Positions 13,345-26,043 of a DNA stretch of 64,000 nt are shown piece after piece. The stretch covers positions 124,001 through 188,000 of the forward strand of contig NW_019091360.1 of NCBI RefSeq assembly GCF_001949145.1. The letters are read 5' to 3'. Position 1 is the stretch's first letter. Every line of letters starts with the position of its first letter. The stretch is from Acanthaster planci (Eukaryota). Below the pieces are notes generated by a model. The model was not told the origin of the DNA. It did not search any database and saw nothing but the letters and a program-made list of their open reading frames with translations. A program made the position numbers and the translations under genes.

Positions 13345-14900
13345 TTCCAACACCAATTAATGTTTCTCTTTTACGTGTGTTGCTTGTTGACTATCCTATT
13401 CAGGAAGATGCCAGCCTTTTGTTGAAAGGTTTCTCAGAAGGGTTCACCTTGGGTTACACAGGGCCCCGTTTACCTTGAGATTCACAATGCTTATTTTTGG
13501 CGGCTGTTCGCCCAGAGGTGGTGCATAAGAAATTGGAAGCTGAAATAGTTCTTGGTAGGCTTGCTGGTCCTTTTGCTGAGCAACCTTTCCCAAATTTGCA
13601 GTGCTCCCTGATCAGTTTAATTCCCAAACGCGAACCAAATTCATTTTGCTTAATTCATCACCTCTCTTTCCCAGAGGGTCAGTCGATTAATACCTTCATT
13701 GATAAAGATTTATGTGCAGTAAATTATGCTTCATTTGATGATGATGATGTTGCTCTGGCTATGAGTGCGGGTACAGGGGCATGGTTAGCAAAAGCTGACA
13801 TTAAATCCACATTTTGTTTACTTCCCATATCCCCTAGTGATTATGAACTGCTGGGTTTCACATTTCAAGGCAGGTTTTATTATGACAGATGTTTGCCAAT
13901 GAGATGTAGCATATCTTGCTCGTTATTTGAGAAATTTAGCTCACTTCTTGAATATCAGGTCAAGCGATTTAGCCAGTGTCAATTCGAGACCCATTACTTG
14001 GATGATTTCTTGTTTATTGGATCCTCAGCTGCAGCTTGTGAACAGTTGTTGTCCTGCTTTTAATCTTTTTGTACAACATTGGGAGTGTCTTGGGTGAATG
14101 AAAAGACTTTTGGTCCGGCCTAGAAATTAACACGTTGACATAGACCATGTGTGTGCCAGCTGACAAAGTGCTAGCCACCTCTACACTCATTGAACAAGCA
14201 TTGTCAGAGAAGAAAATTTCCTTGCAGAACATTCAATCACTAGTCGGGTCGTTAAATTTTTTGTGCAAGGCTATACTGCCCGGGCGGGCCTTTTTGCGAC
14301 ACATAATTGGGTTCGGTTCTGGTCTTTGTCAGCCGTACCACAGGGTTCGCATTTTCACAGGTGCTAGAGGTTGGATTTAGTTACTTTGCTTGACTTCCTG
14401 TCCAATTTTAATGGCATTTCAGTTTCAGCTTGTGAATGGGGATCTAACGATACCCTGTCCCTGTTCATAGATGCAGCGGCCAGCACTGGGTACGGGTATA
14501 TTTCCAGGGGAAATGGGTTCAAAGCTGTTAGCTGACCAACTTGTTGTGCAAACACCCTTCAATAGCACTTTCGGAATTTGTGCCTCTGTATGTTGCTTTG
14601 ATGTGTTGGGGCCCTTTACTGGCGGGACGAAAAGTCATTTTCAATACTGATAATATGGCAGTGGTACAGATCATCAATAAGAAATCTTCACGCTGTGCCC
14701 ACATTATGTATCTAGTCATCAGGCCATTTATGGTGCAGTGCTTACATTTTAATGTGTCTGTTAAAGTGGCACATGTGCCAGGACGGTCTAACACAATTGC
14801 GGATGCTTTGTCACATTTTCAGATGGAGCGTTTCCGCCTTGCCGCCCCACACGCAGATCCAATTATGACTCCACCACCTCCTTTGCCTCAACTGTGGTAG
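13345..14900 (+). pseudogene. Ngaro RT plus RNase H
   Basis: PTPINV, GFSEGF, LIHHLSFP, KADIKSTF, YYDRCLPM, HYLDDFL (RT); SLVGSLNF..PGRAFLR; DAAASTGYG; FNTDNMAVV; HVPGRSNTIADALS (RNase H). Confidence 0.93.
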
Positions 14901-14904
14901 CTGA

Positions 14905-15832
14905 TTAATTGGAGTGCTTACTCGCTGCATCAATTTCAGATAACACACACAAAACATATGCTACTGGTTGGAGGGCTTTCAGTCACTTTAAGCAACAGAC
15001 CATGTGCAACAGCCCACATGCCGGTTAAATTGGCAAAATCTGCCAATTCATAGCATGGCTCTCTCTACGGGGCTTATCTTCTTCCACAGTCGCCATGTAT
15101 GTATCCAGTGTTGGCTATGTACACAAACTGCGTGGATTAACAGACCCTACTAAAGACTTTGTGGTATCCAAATTATTGGAAGGCACCCGCCGGCTTCACC
15201 CTGTCAAAGATTCTTGACTGCCCATTTCTCTGCCATTGCTAAGAGACATCATTAATTCACTTCTGGCTATATGGTTTACTCAGTTTGAATGAACTTTGTT
15301 TCATACAGGTTTTTCTGAGTGCCTTTTACAGCTTTATGCGGGTTAGTGAACTTGCAGTGGGCTCTCGCCAGCACCTTTGAGATTCAGTTTTGTGTTTTCA
15401 CGATGTAACATTTGCCCAACCCACATCAGATGGTCAGTCCATATCCGTGACCATAAATTTTTTTCAATCTAAGAATAATCAGCGTGGCTCCCCCAAAGCA
15501 TTCGTTTAATGGAGAGCACTGACTGCAGTCTGTGCCCTGTGTCAGCATTAGTGCATTTTTCTGCTGTTCGCCCACAGATTTTGGGTCCATACTTCTGTCC
15601 TTTTGATGGAAGCCCACTCACACAGTACCAGTTCAACACTGTATTGCAAAAGGCTCTTGCTTTTATAGGGCTCAATGGAGCCTACATTAAAAGCCATTCC
15701 TTCCGCTTTGGGGCAGCATCTTCTGCATCGCATTTTGGGGTGGCCAGTACTGATATTCAGTCCATGGGACGCTGGTGCTCTGAGGCATTCTTATCTTATG
15801 TACACCCCTTGCTGCTTTGTAGTATTGCATAG
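14905..15832 (+). pseudogene. Ngaro tyrosine recombinase
   Basis: FMRVSEL, SKNNQ, CPVSAL, HSFRFGAAS and MGRWCSEAFLSYV (R-H-R-W-Y catalytic pattern). Contains stops and frameshifts. Confidence 0.92.
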
Positions 15833-15934
15833 CGACGAGAGTCCGCCACGATTCAATCAGTCTAATGTTCCATAGACAATGGTCAAGCCTAGCCCTGATC
15901 GTGTATACTCTATTTCTTCCAATTTTACTCTAGA

Positions 15935-16467
15935 TCCCATTTGCATCGTCGGCGACTCCATCATTCGTAGGGCAGAGGATTGTCTTGATATCCAGGTAAA
16001 TATCTTTTGGCATGGAAAAGGCGGGGCGGGTGTGGCAGATCTGTATGATATGAGGGCAGAGCTGGCTTAAGTGTTTCTGCCCCTGGCAATGTTAATTATA
16101 CATTTGGGTTCTAATGACCTAATGAGACTAGATAAATATGCCTTGCGGCAAAGGGTTTCGGTCATGCTTTGGGACTGTGCCACCTGGTGTCCCACTATGA
16201 CGATTTATGTGGTCAGATATTCTACCACGAGTTTTCTATTTTGGTGCGTTCTCATAGCCTGCAATGGAACGCAAGTGCCGCACAATTTATAGATGGGCAC
16301 GGTCTCAATGTACCAAAATACCACATGCCCTCTGCCTTCATCACCCACAGTTTCATTGGTTGGATTTTGCATTGTTTCGGTATGATGGAGTGCATTTATC
16401 CCTAAGGGGTAACCATATCTTCACTCCCACTTTGAAGCAGTTTATTTTGTCCCATATTGTTCCCTGA
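15935..16467 (+). pseudogene. SGNH/GDSL hydrolase-like ORF of the Ngaro element
   Basis: All four SGNH blocks are visible: IVGDSII, WHGKGG, IHLGSND and DGVHLS. Confidence 0.88.
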
Positions 16468-17418
16468 TTAGGAGGTCCATTCTTGATTGGGCCTGGCTGT
16501 CTGCCTCCTGGTGGGCACATGTTGCGCGGGTGGCAATTTTTGGGATACAGACAGCCATAGTTATGGGGTTAATAATAATCCAGTTAAATCTATTGGTTTT
16601 TCTATTTTGTTATGTTATTATAAAACTTGCCATAGCGATCTAAAGTATCAAGAGGCTATGTTTTCCCGACTGAATGTATCATCAGTGGGAAGATAATATT
16701 TTGGTCTTCAAGTTCAATGTTATTGGTAGTCAATTATTGTCATATATTTTATAACTTAATGTATATATGTGTATCATTTCTGTCTGGTACATCAAGTATG
16801 CCGCTGTGGCTTTAGGCACATGGTTGCCTACTAGTCAGGCCTGGTGTTGCCCAATTAATGTCTTGTAGCTCAAGGACCAAGACGAATTCCTTAAAATTGT
16901 CTTTGGGCAAATGAAAGTAGGATTGGGCTCTAGGAGGGTTTGGTTGCCAATGTTTGGATTTGGTGAAAGTCTTAAAACATCTTGACGCATGAACGGTCTA
17001 GTGTGAGTTCCAGTACAATTGGGTTGGAAGCTTTAAGCAGGGCTGCATGACATTTGAATGAGGTGTCTTCTTCAGGTGAAGAGGATGATGGTGACTGCTG
17101 GAGACAGCAGCAGAGGAGAGAGTCCATCCCCTGGAAACTCTTCTGAGCCATGGCAGGTGAGGATGTCAATCAGCCCTGGTGATCTTCGGTACTTCTTCGG
17201 TGGAGAACACCTCAGTAGTTCTTAGCAAACAGCAGTGAAGATCGGGTATTGCCTTGCGCTTCACACCCCGACCTCAGAGTGTATCGCAGCTGCAAATTAC
17301 AGTGGAAATTGGGTATTGCCCAATTTCCAAATATTGCCCAATTACCAAAATTCAAGCACAAAAATGAGGTGCTACTGGAGTATTGGCATCTCCCTGGATT
17401 GCTCTAATGATTACTCAC

Positions 17419-17485
17419 CTTGATTTCTCCCATTGAGCCTTCTCCTACTACTCGCAGCTTAAACTGCTTTCTTCGCTTCATGTCT
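17419..17485 (-). CDS. CFAP65: CFAP65 exon (13th in window): (G)DMKRRKQFKLRVVGEGSMGEIK
   Basis: ttttattgcacag acceptor, AAG|gtgagt donor. Phase-2 start matches the exon ending at 31568. Resembles CFAP65 LRLVGVG..SLS. Confidence 0.85.
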
Positions 17486-19919
17486 CTGTGCAATAAAAAC
17501 CATGACTTCTGATTAGTTCTTACCACATGAACAAGTAATTTTAATACAGTATTATCTATACGCACAATTGTATGATGTCATCCAACTCAATTAATGGAAT
17601 AACAGTGACACAATGTTTGTATTATTTCCCTTGTAGAAAATTTAACACAAACAAAAATTTCAGTGTTATATCTTGACTTCGAAGTAAGCTTAATGCACTG
17701 AAGGCATTAAGTTAAAAAAAAAATCATGTTTGTTTCCTGCTTTAAATTATTTCTCCTGCATTCAATGGAAACTAAAAACTAAAACAAGAAAAATGCATAT
17801 TTTTATCTATTCTCAAACAAATTTGCGATCCGGAGATAGGATGCATGTAATACAATTTCTTTATATTGCTTCCAAGGGGTGACTGGAATAGAAATTCCCA
17901 GATACCTGGAATGGGTGGGCATAGATGTCAGAAAAATTTACATTTTATTTTGTGTATGCCTTGGTGTGGTATCTATGTAATGTCAACATGGACAGGAGGG
18001 CCTAATGCAGCATTGTCGGCATGCTGTGATACATCACTACATATTAAGTTTGGCAGCAGTCCTAAGTTCATGCATGTGCTTCTGCTATGCACTGTGCAGC
18101 AAAACAGGCACACAAGACACAGCATGTATGCTGCCTATCCAGAAGCAACAGACCACTGTTGGCAGTTTTTCTTTTTAATATTGGTGGGTTAACGGCATTA
18201 ACAAGAAAAGCTTAACGTCTTGGCCAATGTCAATACTTATTCTATCATTTGAAGCACATGCTCTAAAGGTGGTGTCTACCATATTCAACCTACCCATACT
18301 ACCATATCAGTGCATATTTTCCCTGGCCAACACTCCATTCACTAAAATCTCAATCAATTGTAGTGCATCCTCTATCCCATGATGCGCAGTGACGTGGCCG
18401 CCATGTTCTTTCTCTTTTTCTTAGGACCATTACAAATGGACGCATTTGTCTTTACTTCAAATGTTGAGAGTCTTTTGTTCGTGCTATTCGTGCTCTGTGG
18501 GACTTCTTGATCAATTGCTACACCTGTAATAAACTATATCTCTTATCTATCTACTTTTTGGTAAGATCTCTCCTTGTTACAAGTCATATTTTTCCATCGT
18601 GTGCTATCTTTACTGTCATTTGTGTGCATAAGTCTCATTTCTCTATTGTCTCACGTCACGTGACCACTGTTTCTACAGTGAAACGTTAATGAACCTTGGA
18701 TATCTACCCCCTTTGAGTTGCACTCACAGCATGGGTAGGGGGCCTCACTGTTTTGGAGCTGTCCATGTCATCACACGAGCTAGGGAATCAATATTCCCTC
18801 TCCAAATGGTTGGGAGAGGGGTATCACTGAGCAATACCCTCTTTTTACATCTGCTTCCATCATAGTATTGCAGTTGCCCATGGCGTTGGGCAGCTGACAG
18901 TTGTTCAGCCTAACACTTCCCCAGCTTGCCAAGTACATGTGGGCGGGGTCCCTGCCAACAGTCAAGAGGCAAGATTGGGTGACCCCATAATCTACATGCT
19001 CCAGTCTGGGTGGTGGGTCCTGGTTGTTTAGTGTTTTCCCCCAGATACCTTCCATTCCACTGGCAGTGCTCTGGCCACAAACCACTTCCAAGCCGGTCAT
19101 TTCCAAGTTCCGATTCAAACAGTGGTCTTGGCAGTAAGTGTAATTGCGCTGAGATTCCTTTCATCTCACTGGCAGCACCCGGGGCCTAACTACTCTCTGA
19201 GCCAAGCCCTTACACATTGATGCCACAGTTTAGCAGAGCGTGTGGTGTCGCTACTTGATACCGGGAACAAGAGGAAACAACAGCCACCGTAAGACTAGCA
19301 GGCCATCCAGTGAACTTTATATGCCGTGACAGCCTATGAGTCAGGGCAAATACACGGCATTCCATCCGGCAAGCTCTACACACCTAAACTGCCCATGAGT
19401 CTGGGTGAATATGTGCATTCCATTGGACAAGCTCACCACACTGTTACCGCCTACGAGTCCAGGCGAACACACAGCACAACGCCAGGCAAGCCCACTGCAC
19501 TGTGGCTACCAACAAGCTCGGGTGTATCCATGGCATTCCACAGGGCAAGCTCACCTCGCACAACACTGCTCACTTACAATAGCAGACTGCTATCCAAGTA
19601 TAACCACAAAGCTGATGATGGCCACCTGCACCGCTCCCGCCAAAGACTCTGCACCAGGCATGGTATCATTAACTGGGACCCTTGCTGCCACATCCCCCGC
19701 ATCCACCGGGCCAGCCTCTACTGTAAATCTACCACTCCATCCAGTCTGCGGAGTCCCTTGGACTACTCCACAGCTAAGGACACTACGTAAGTCAATATAA
19801 TTTTCCTGACAGGGAGTGCTCAGGGAAAGTCCCAACTCAACGGCTGTTTAATGTATGATGGAAGTATTTTAAGGCAAAAGAATGAAATAATGAAAGCATT
19901 TGTAACCGTGGAAAAACTA

Positions 19920-20235
19920 AAACATAACATAATCCAGATGTTTACACAACAAATCACGTTCTGAAATGTCAGTTACAATTGTATTAAAACAAACTTCACA
20001 AAACAGGGATTGAATTTACGCCTGGATTGTGTGTGCTGTTGAGGAAAACTGGTGGTCTCGTTGTTGGTGGGATATGCTCGCTAACAGTTTTCTGATGTCT
20101 TATTTAAGGCCATCTAATGGCAGCGCTAACAAGATGTTTTGCATGCTCAGCAAGCATGTAACTTTGCCAACAATCAAGGATCAGTGACTTTTGTTTCCCC
20201 ACAGCAATGAGAAATATATTACTGCTATTGTTTCC
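19920..20235 (-). repeat. Dispersed repeat; inverted copy of 6395-6690
   Basis: Reverse-complement similarity, as described for 6395-6690. Confidence 0.8.
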
Positions 20236-21294
20236 CCATCTTTTCTGTTAAAAAATGTACACAAGCAATTCCTTTCATTATCAATTGCTGGCTGTGCAGT
20301 AAGTAGCCGGGTTGAGATTTTGTTTTCTGCGCAGGGTAGTCACGATGCATATTCGTTTTTTCCACATTCACCAACACAGTATGCTGCCACACATGTTCTT
20401 CCAGGTCTAGGGTGACCATATGCAATAAAACTCACACTGCTCCCAAGCTCTTGATTGAAAATGAAGCCAGGCAGAGCTCCACATGGAGAGAACATAATAT
20501 AAAATTTAGAGTCCTCCCTATCTTGTCAAAGTCAGATGTCAAAAGTTTTTACAAACAACCAGGCTACTGCAAAAGAGTAGAACACTGCCATGGTGGCCTT
20601 CTCGAGTCTTTTGGCCATATCTGTGGTCCTGTTTCATGCCCCGGATAACTGATGCTGTCATTGTGGAGGTAATTCCTTGGTATTAGGTCACAAAAAGTCT
20701 CTTCTTGGATCTCAAAAATTTAATTCTCCAGTATGTGTCACATGCTTAAATTTTGCTTATAAATTTATTCTAACACTCAATAAACTTTTTGTTCACACTT
20801 TACAGATCATATTGGATAGAATTTCCCATCTTCATCTCCAAGGAGAAGATTTTCTGCAATGTTATGTCAGTCACATGTGGAAGAACAATCATCAGTTACT
20901 TATATATATGCAGAGAATTCTTATAACTGGCTACATTAAGCAATCACTGTGACTGCCTATATACAATAAACTTGCCTGTTTCATTTCCAAGTAGTAACAA
21001 ATTCGAACTTGGATGACTCTAATCACCATTGCAGTGGCTCCACTGGTTATACAGTACAGTAAACACAGTCCCCAACCCAGGCCGGTAGATTCTTCCCAAG
21101 TCCAAAACTAATTCTTGGTATAAGGCAACAGCTCCACAAATCAACCGATTAACACCAAGCCAGGTAAAAACTACTATAGACAAATATTGTCACACAGGGG
21201 CATAGGATGGTTTGACCGAAGGGGGGCTGCAATTTTCAAGAAAGCGGAACTCCAACTTCCAGCATTTAAACAAGGCAAGTGCGCATTTGAAAAG

Positions 21295-22331
21295 CAGTAT
21301 TGTAGGTCTTGAGACCTGGTCTCAGTCTTGAGACCTTTTTTTGTGGTCTCGGTCTTGGTCTCGCCCTGTCAAAGTCTTGGGAGGGCCGGTCTCGGTCTCG
21401 AAAGCACCGGTCTTGGTCGTGGATGCCATTGTCTCAGGTCTCCCCCTTGAGACCAGTCGAGACCATAACACAATGCGCATCTAGCTACCACGCATGCACG
21501 CGGTTGCAAAAGGCAAAGTTACCTCCGCTCGAGTCAAATCTTCAACCACTGATATAAATACAACACAGTAATGTTCAGATTTTTTGCAATAAACAATGAA
21601 AATGGTGCTGGAATGAAGACTAGTCAATGCAGCATGATGCAACCTTGTCCTAAGTTATTACTTTATTTCCAATCCAGAGTAGTCATGCTGCTTGACACCA
21701 TGGAGATGTGGTTGTGAATAGTGGAATTCACACACTAGACTGGTTCCCGTTCCCTATGTAGTCTCCTGCTGAACGTAGAGCCAGGATGGGAACCTGTCTC
21801 TGTGTGTGTGCAAGCTATGAATTGTGTGCACGTGTGAAAGTGCTTTCATTCTGTCTTGTATGTGGTACGTGTTGTTTTCGTAGTTTCGTCATGGTGCATC
21901 TTTTTTGGATATTTGTTTTTCAGTATTTTGCTTAAAAAAAAAACAGTCTAAGGATATCTGTTTTAATGTTCACATCATATCATTTGGGACAGACCAGGGT
22001 AAAAGTAGAGCACTATCACTGATAAAAGAACTGAGACATTCTTTAACAAATATTTGACCTATTTGTGTGTGTTTATGCTAATGTTTCCATTTCATTTCTT
22101 TTGTACTTAATTGTACTGCCATATGTTTGTCTCTATTTACCTTTTGGTAAAAACTAAAACATTGGTTTATGGTTGGTCTCAGTCTTGGTCTCGGATGTTG
22201 TGGTCTCTGTCTCAGTCTCGACCTGCAAAAGTCTCGGTCTCAAAGTCCTGGTCTTGAAGGAGTAGGTCTCGGTCTTGGTCTCATATACCTTGGTCTTGGT
22301 CTCGGACATCAAGGTCTCGGATACAACACTG
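21295..22331. mobile_element. Non-autonomous hAT-like DNA transposon (MITE)
   Basis: TIRs CAGTATTGTA and TACAACACTG. 8-bp TSD TTGAAAAG/GTGAAAAG (one mismatch). Dense subterminal GGTCTC/GGTCTT hexamer arrays at both ends. Confidence 0.85.
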
Positions 22332-24589
22332 GTGAAAAGCAGATTGCTACCCTACCCTCCCCTCACAATAAATTCTTCACCGAGTTACTCTCAGTCACAA
22401 GTATCCTCTCTCCCCTGTAGGCCGTTCCATTCTTTGGGCCATTTATTGTGTGTGCCATATGGTCATTGTAGCATCACCGAAAAAACAAACAAACGATTGT
22501 GCCGAAAGTTTTTACCAATTACCAAGACGTTATTTCCTGGGATTTTTTTTTAGCCGTTCAAAATTGAGGCATAGGTTGCATTCAACCTGCCTAAAGGCTT
22601 GCATCATGTTACGGAAATTTATTTTCTGTGTGGCCATGGTTGTTTTTGTCCATTTTTGTCTTTGTTGAACATGTGAAAGAACGTGAACAGTAATCAAAAA
22701 GAAACCCAAGACATATACACGTAAACGTGTCTGGTCTTGTCTACCGGTACTTGAATGCTACTATTGAACATGATGTCAAGCTGAGCTGACCGTGTCCTGT
22801 AGCGAGAGAGTTCTGTTAGCTGAAACTACTCCATGGTCATTGAACTGAAGGAAGTGCATGCATAAACCTATAATTGTACAAAGTTGAATTGAAGTGATTG
22901 AAATATTGTAGAAGTGATAGAGCTGGAATTTTAAATTAAGCAGTAAGCTCTGAGCAACATTGAATTTGTGATTCTTGAATGCAAATGGTATAAATGTTTA
23001 GAAGTTCTGATTAACTCAGTATTTGAAATCAAAGTGTTATATATCTTGTGAATTTTGATATTGAATGAATCCGATTGAACTGAAACCTAGAATCACTGGA
23101 TTTTGAATATTCCAGTGCTGTAGATTTGGATTGGAATTGTGGTTGATACTGCTACAAAAAACATGACTTTTGAATTAAGCTTGTTGTGTTGAAATTGCTG
23201 AAAAAGTACAGAAGTGGCTGCAGAGCATTAAAAGAATTTGAGTTCCGTATCTTAGTTTGGTGAATATAATTATTTACTAAATAATGTCCTTGCTTATGTC
23301 GTCAATTCTTTCCGTCTGAAGTTCTTAAGTTAATAAACCGGGGTCATCACAAAAGGAACTTGTAGTGGTGACACTCTCAATGCAGGGAAATGTTTCTCCA
23401 CACACCCCCTAAAATAAGACCTTTGACCCTAGTTCAAATGGTCTTCATAGCCTAATATCAGGGAGTGCGACGCACTTCGCGCATAAAAGGGTCTCGAAAA
23501 AAAAACGATAGTGACTCACAGCAGGTGGAAAACAACCATGTCTAGGAGCAGGGATCAATTTCATAGAGCTGCTTATTAGGTACCAGAAAAGTCATGCTTA
23601 ATATAGGAAAACAATTTGCAAACCTTTTATTATTATTATCATTTATTTGACCTCAACAACCAAACAAGAAAAACAAGAGCAAACAACAAACAGGCAAAAC
23701 AAAAAAATACAAGAAATGTGTCCATGTACAAATGCAGCTGCTTCGGCCCTGGTTTTATTGATCTAAAACCTGAAAACCAGTGACCAAGTACTTACAATAT
23801 TTAATATTGCACAAGTGGACATAAACAAAAAGCACAGTGGAATACGGAAACTCCATGTCATCTTGATAAATGGAACATGGTTTGCAAAGTTTCAACCCTA
23901 TGGGACATGGACTTCGTGAGATATATAGCTTTAAAGAGTGCCCTTTTAACCCTTGATGTTGGCACTTTTTTTCTGAAAGCCGACTCAGAGATTTACAGCC
24001 TCGCTTGACTACAAAGGCCACCTGCCAAACCGCAAATTCTCAGTTCGTGGCCCTGCATGCTTTGCACGCCTTGATTTACACAGAGAAAAGGCTCATTGTT
24101 TGGTGGCATGTGGCTCTACTCANTTTCATTTCTTGGCAACACAAAAAGGCCAATTACCATATATAAAAGAGCCAGGGTATGCCTTCTTTCACCGTGTTTG
24201 CTCGAGCGTGGGCCGAGAGTAATAGGTGCAAAGTGGGCTGAGGGATCTCAATTTACAGCGGTTCTTACCGCTTCCCGGTGAGAAGGGATTAATGTCACGT
24301 GACTCGTCAATCGATGACTTCATACTCACATCAGGGCAATCTAGGTCTCAAACTCTGCCCTTTCAAGTTATAAGCGAACTGTAATGCCAATCGGACATGT
24401 AATTTGCGAGATATAGTGTTTTAAAAAGTGTCCCTTTAAAATCACGTGACTTTTCACATGATCACGTCATCATCGTATCAGGTAAATCTGGGTCTCAAAC
24501 CCCTTCCCTCTCAAGCTATATACAAAATTTCAAGAAAATTGGACATGTAATTTGCGAGATGTAGTGCTTTTAAAGCTCTTCTCAGGTGG

Positions 24590-26040
24590 CTTGGCAGACT
24601 GAGAAGAGGAGGAATGGCTGCAGTTTGTCTAGTTGCTGGGCTGACGAAAGGGCCAAGACCTACTAGAGTCCCCACGACATGGCGGTCCGAAGGGTTGAGC
24701 CCAGAGGTCATCTACATGGGACTGGCGGGGAGGACCTGCTGGAGGAGGTTCACAAAAACTAAGCTTGTAGGTCCTGTCGATCTGTATGGCTTCAGCCTCA
24801 TCATTTCCATGAACTGCCTTGCAAAAAGGTCTTTGCCATAGAAGGGGGGACCAGAAGTCTCGCCTTGACTCCCTCGTAGGGACGTTGGATCTGTGTGTGG
24901 AAGTTGCTAGGACGGAGATCCATATGAACTGCTTAAAGATGAAATTGATATTCTCATTGAACACTCGGAGTGCAACAGCTGCTAAGTCTGGGGTCACAGG
25001 CTTAGGTCACAGTCTTCTTTGCAGGCACAGGCCAGGTACTCGGAGAGGAGTGCCATAAAGGCAGTGAAGCGGAAAGGTGAGTGGTTCAATAGGAGCTCCA
25101 GAAAGAGCAGAATCGATGCCTCGAATCTGCAGGGTGGTGCTTGAAGCAGAGGCCTCAGCTGTGGAAGGGTTGGAATCCAGGCCTAGAGTCTGAATCCTAT
25201 CTATCTGGGTGAAGTTGGTTGCAGTGGTATTGTCTTCATCTTCGGAAGATGTATCACATTACGCTTGAGGCTGGTCAGTGGAATGAGAAATGCCATATGT
25301 GGCAGAGCAGAATGCGAGCCATAGTCAAGACTGGAACTCGGGAGGTCGAAGGGATGAGGCCATCATGAAAAGATTGGATCATCGGATCAGATCTGGGTTC
25401 CACAGGTAAAGGATCCAGACCTGGAGCAGTCGCTCGGGGCAGTGGGATCCACTCAAGGCAGCTGGCTATTAAGGACAGTGTCTCCGAGAGTGAGCAGACC
25501 GCTGATATGATGTAGGCTGAAGAAATGTCCTGCCAAGAGGAGGAGGGAGACTTCTAATGCTTGGACCCCACATAAGAAGACAAGGAGTGCTTGCATTTCT
25601 TGCGCCCTGGTGAACTGGTTGTAGACCCACCAGCGAGGCTTGGAGAGCAGGGGCGTCGGAAGCTTGTCCGGGCTGCGATTCAGCTGAAAGAGACTGGAGA
25701 ACCACAGGGGTGGAATTAGTCTTCCCGGAAAGCTCCAGAAGGCAGCAGGAAGACGAGGGTGATGTATGGCATTTGGAGGCTTTGATGGTGTAGGAGGCCG
25801 GTGGGTTCCGCTGCCTGGATGTGAGTGGTGCTGTGCCCGCATGGCCTGGCGTAGTTTTTCTACAGGGGAGTAGTAAGTATTTGACAGTTCCAGACCAGCC
25901 CCCTTTTCCACTCTGCTTCTTACGTTCCACCGCCTCCACAGACCCCCACCAGGGTTTCCCACTTTACTCGCCTTGACCTTTGACCCCGGCATGACGGTGA
26001 CGGTAAATGCACGAGTCAAAAGACATACAGAGGTCAAGAG
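24590..26040 (-). mobile_element. DIRS1-type gag/ORF1 remnant
   Basis: S/P-rich N-terminal part, helical C-terminal part (PDLAAVALRVFNENINFIF), and PFYGKDLF resembling the DIRS1 gag LPFxGxxLFG motif. Frameshifted. Confidence 0.6.
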
Positions 26041-26043
26041 GCA

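Larger units (their letters stand above)
12785..16520 (+). mobile_element. Ngaro-type tyrosine-recombinase retrotransposon, near-complete internal region, decayed
   Basis: Domain order gag, RT, RNase H, recombinase, SGNH hydrolase, all on +. See the sub-features. Confidence 0.93.

Noticed and set aside
22467..23351. LTR-like block ending AATAAA...CATCACA
   Set aside because: No matching 5' terminus or TSD was identified.
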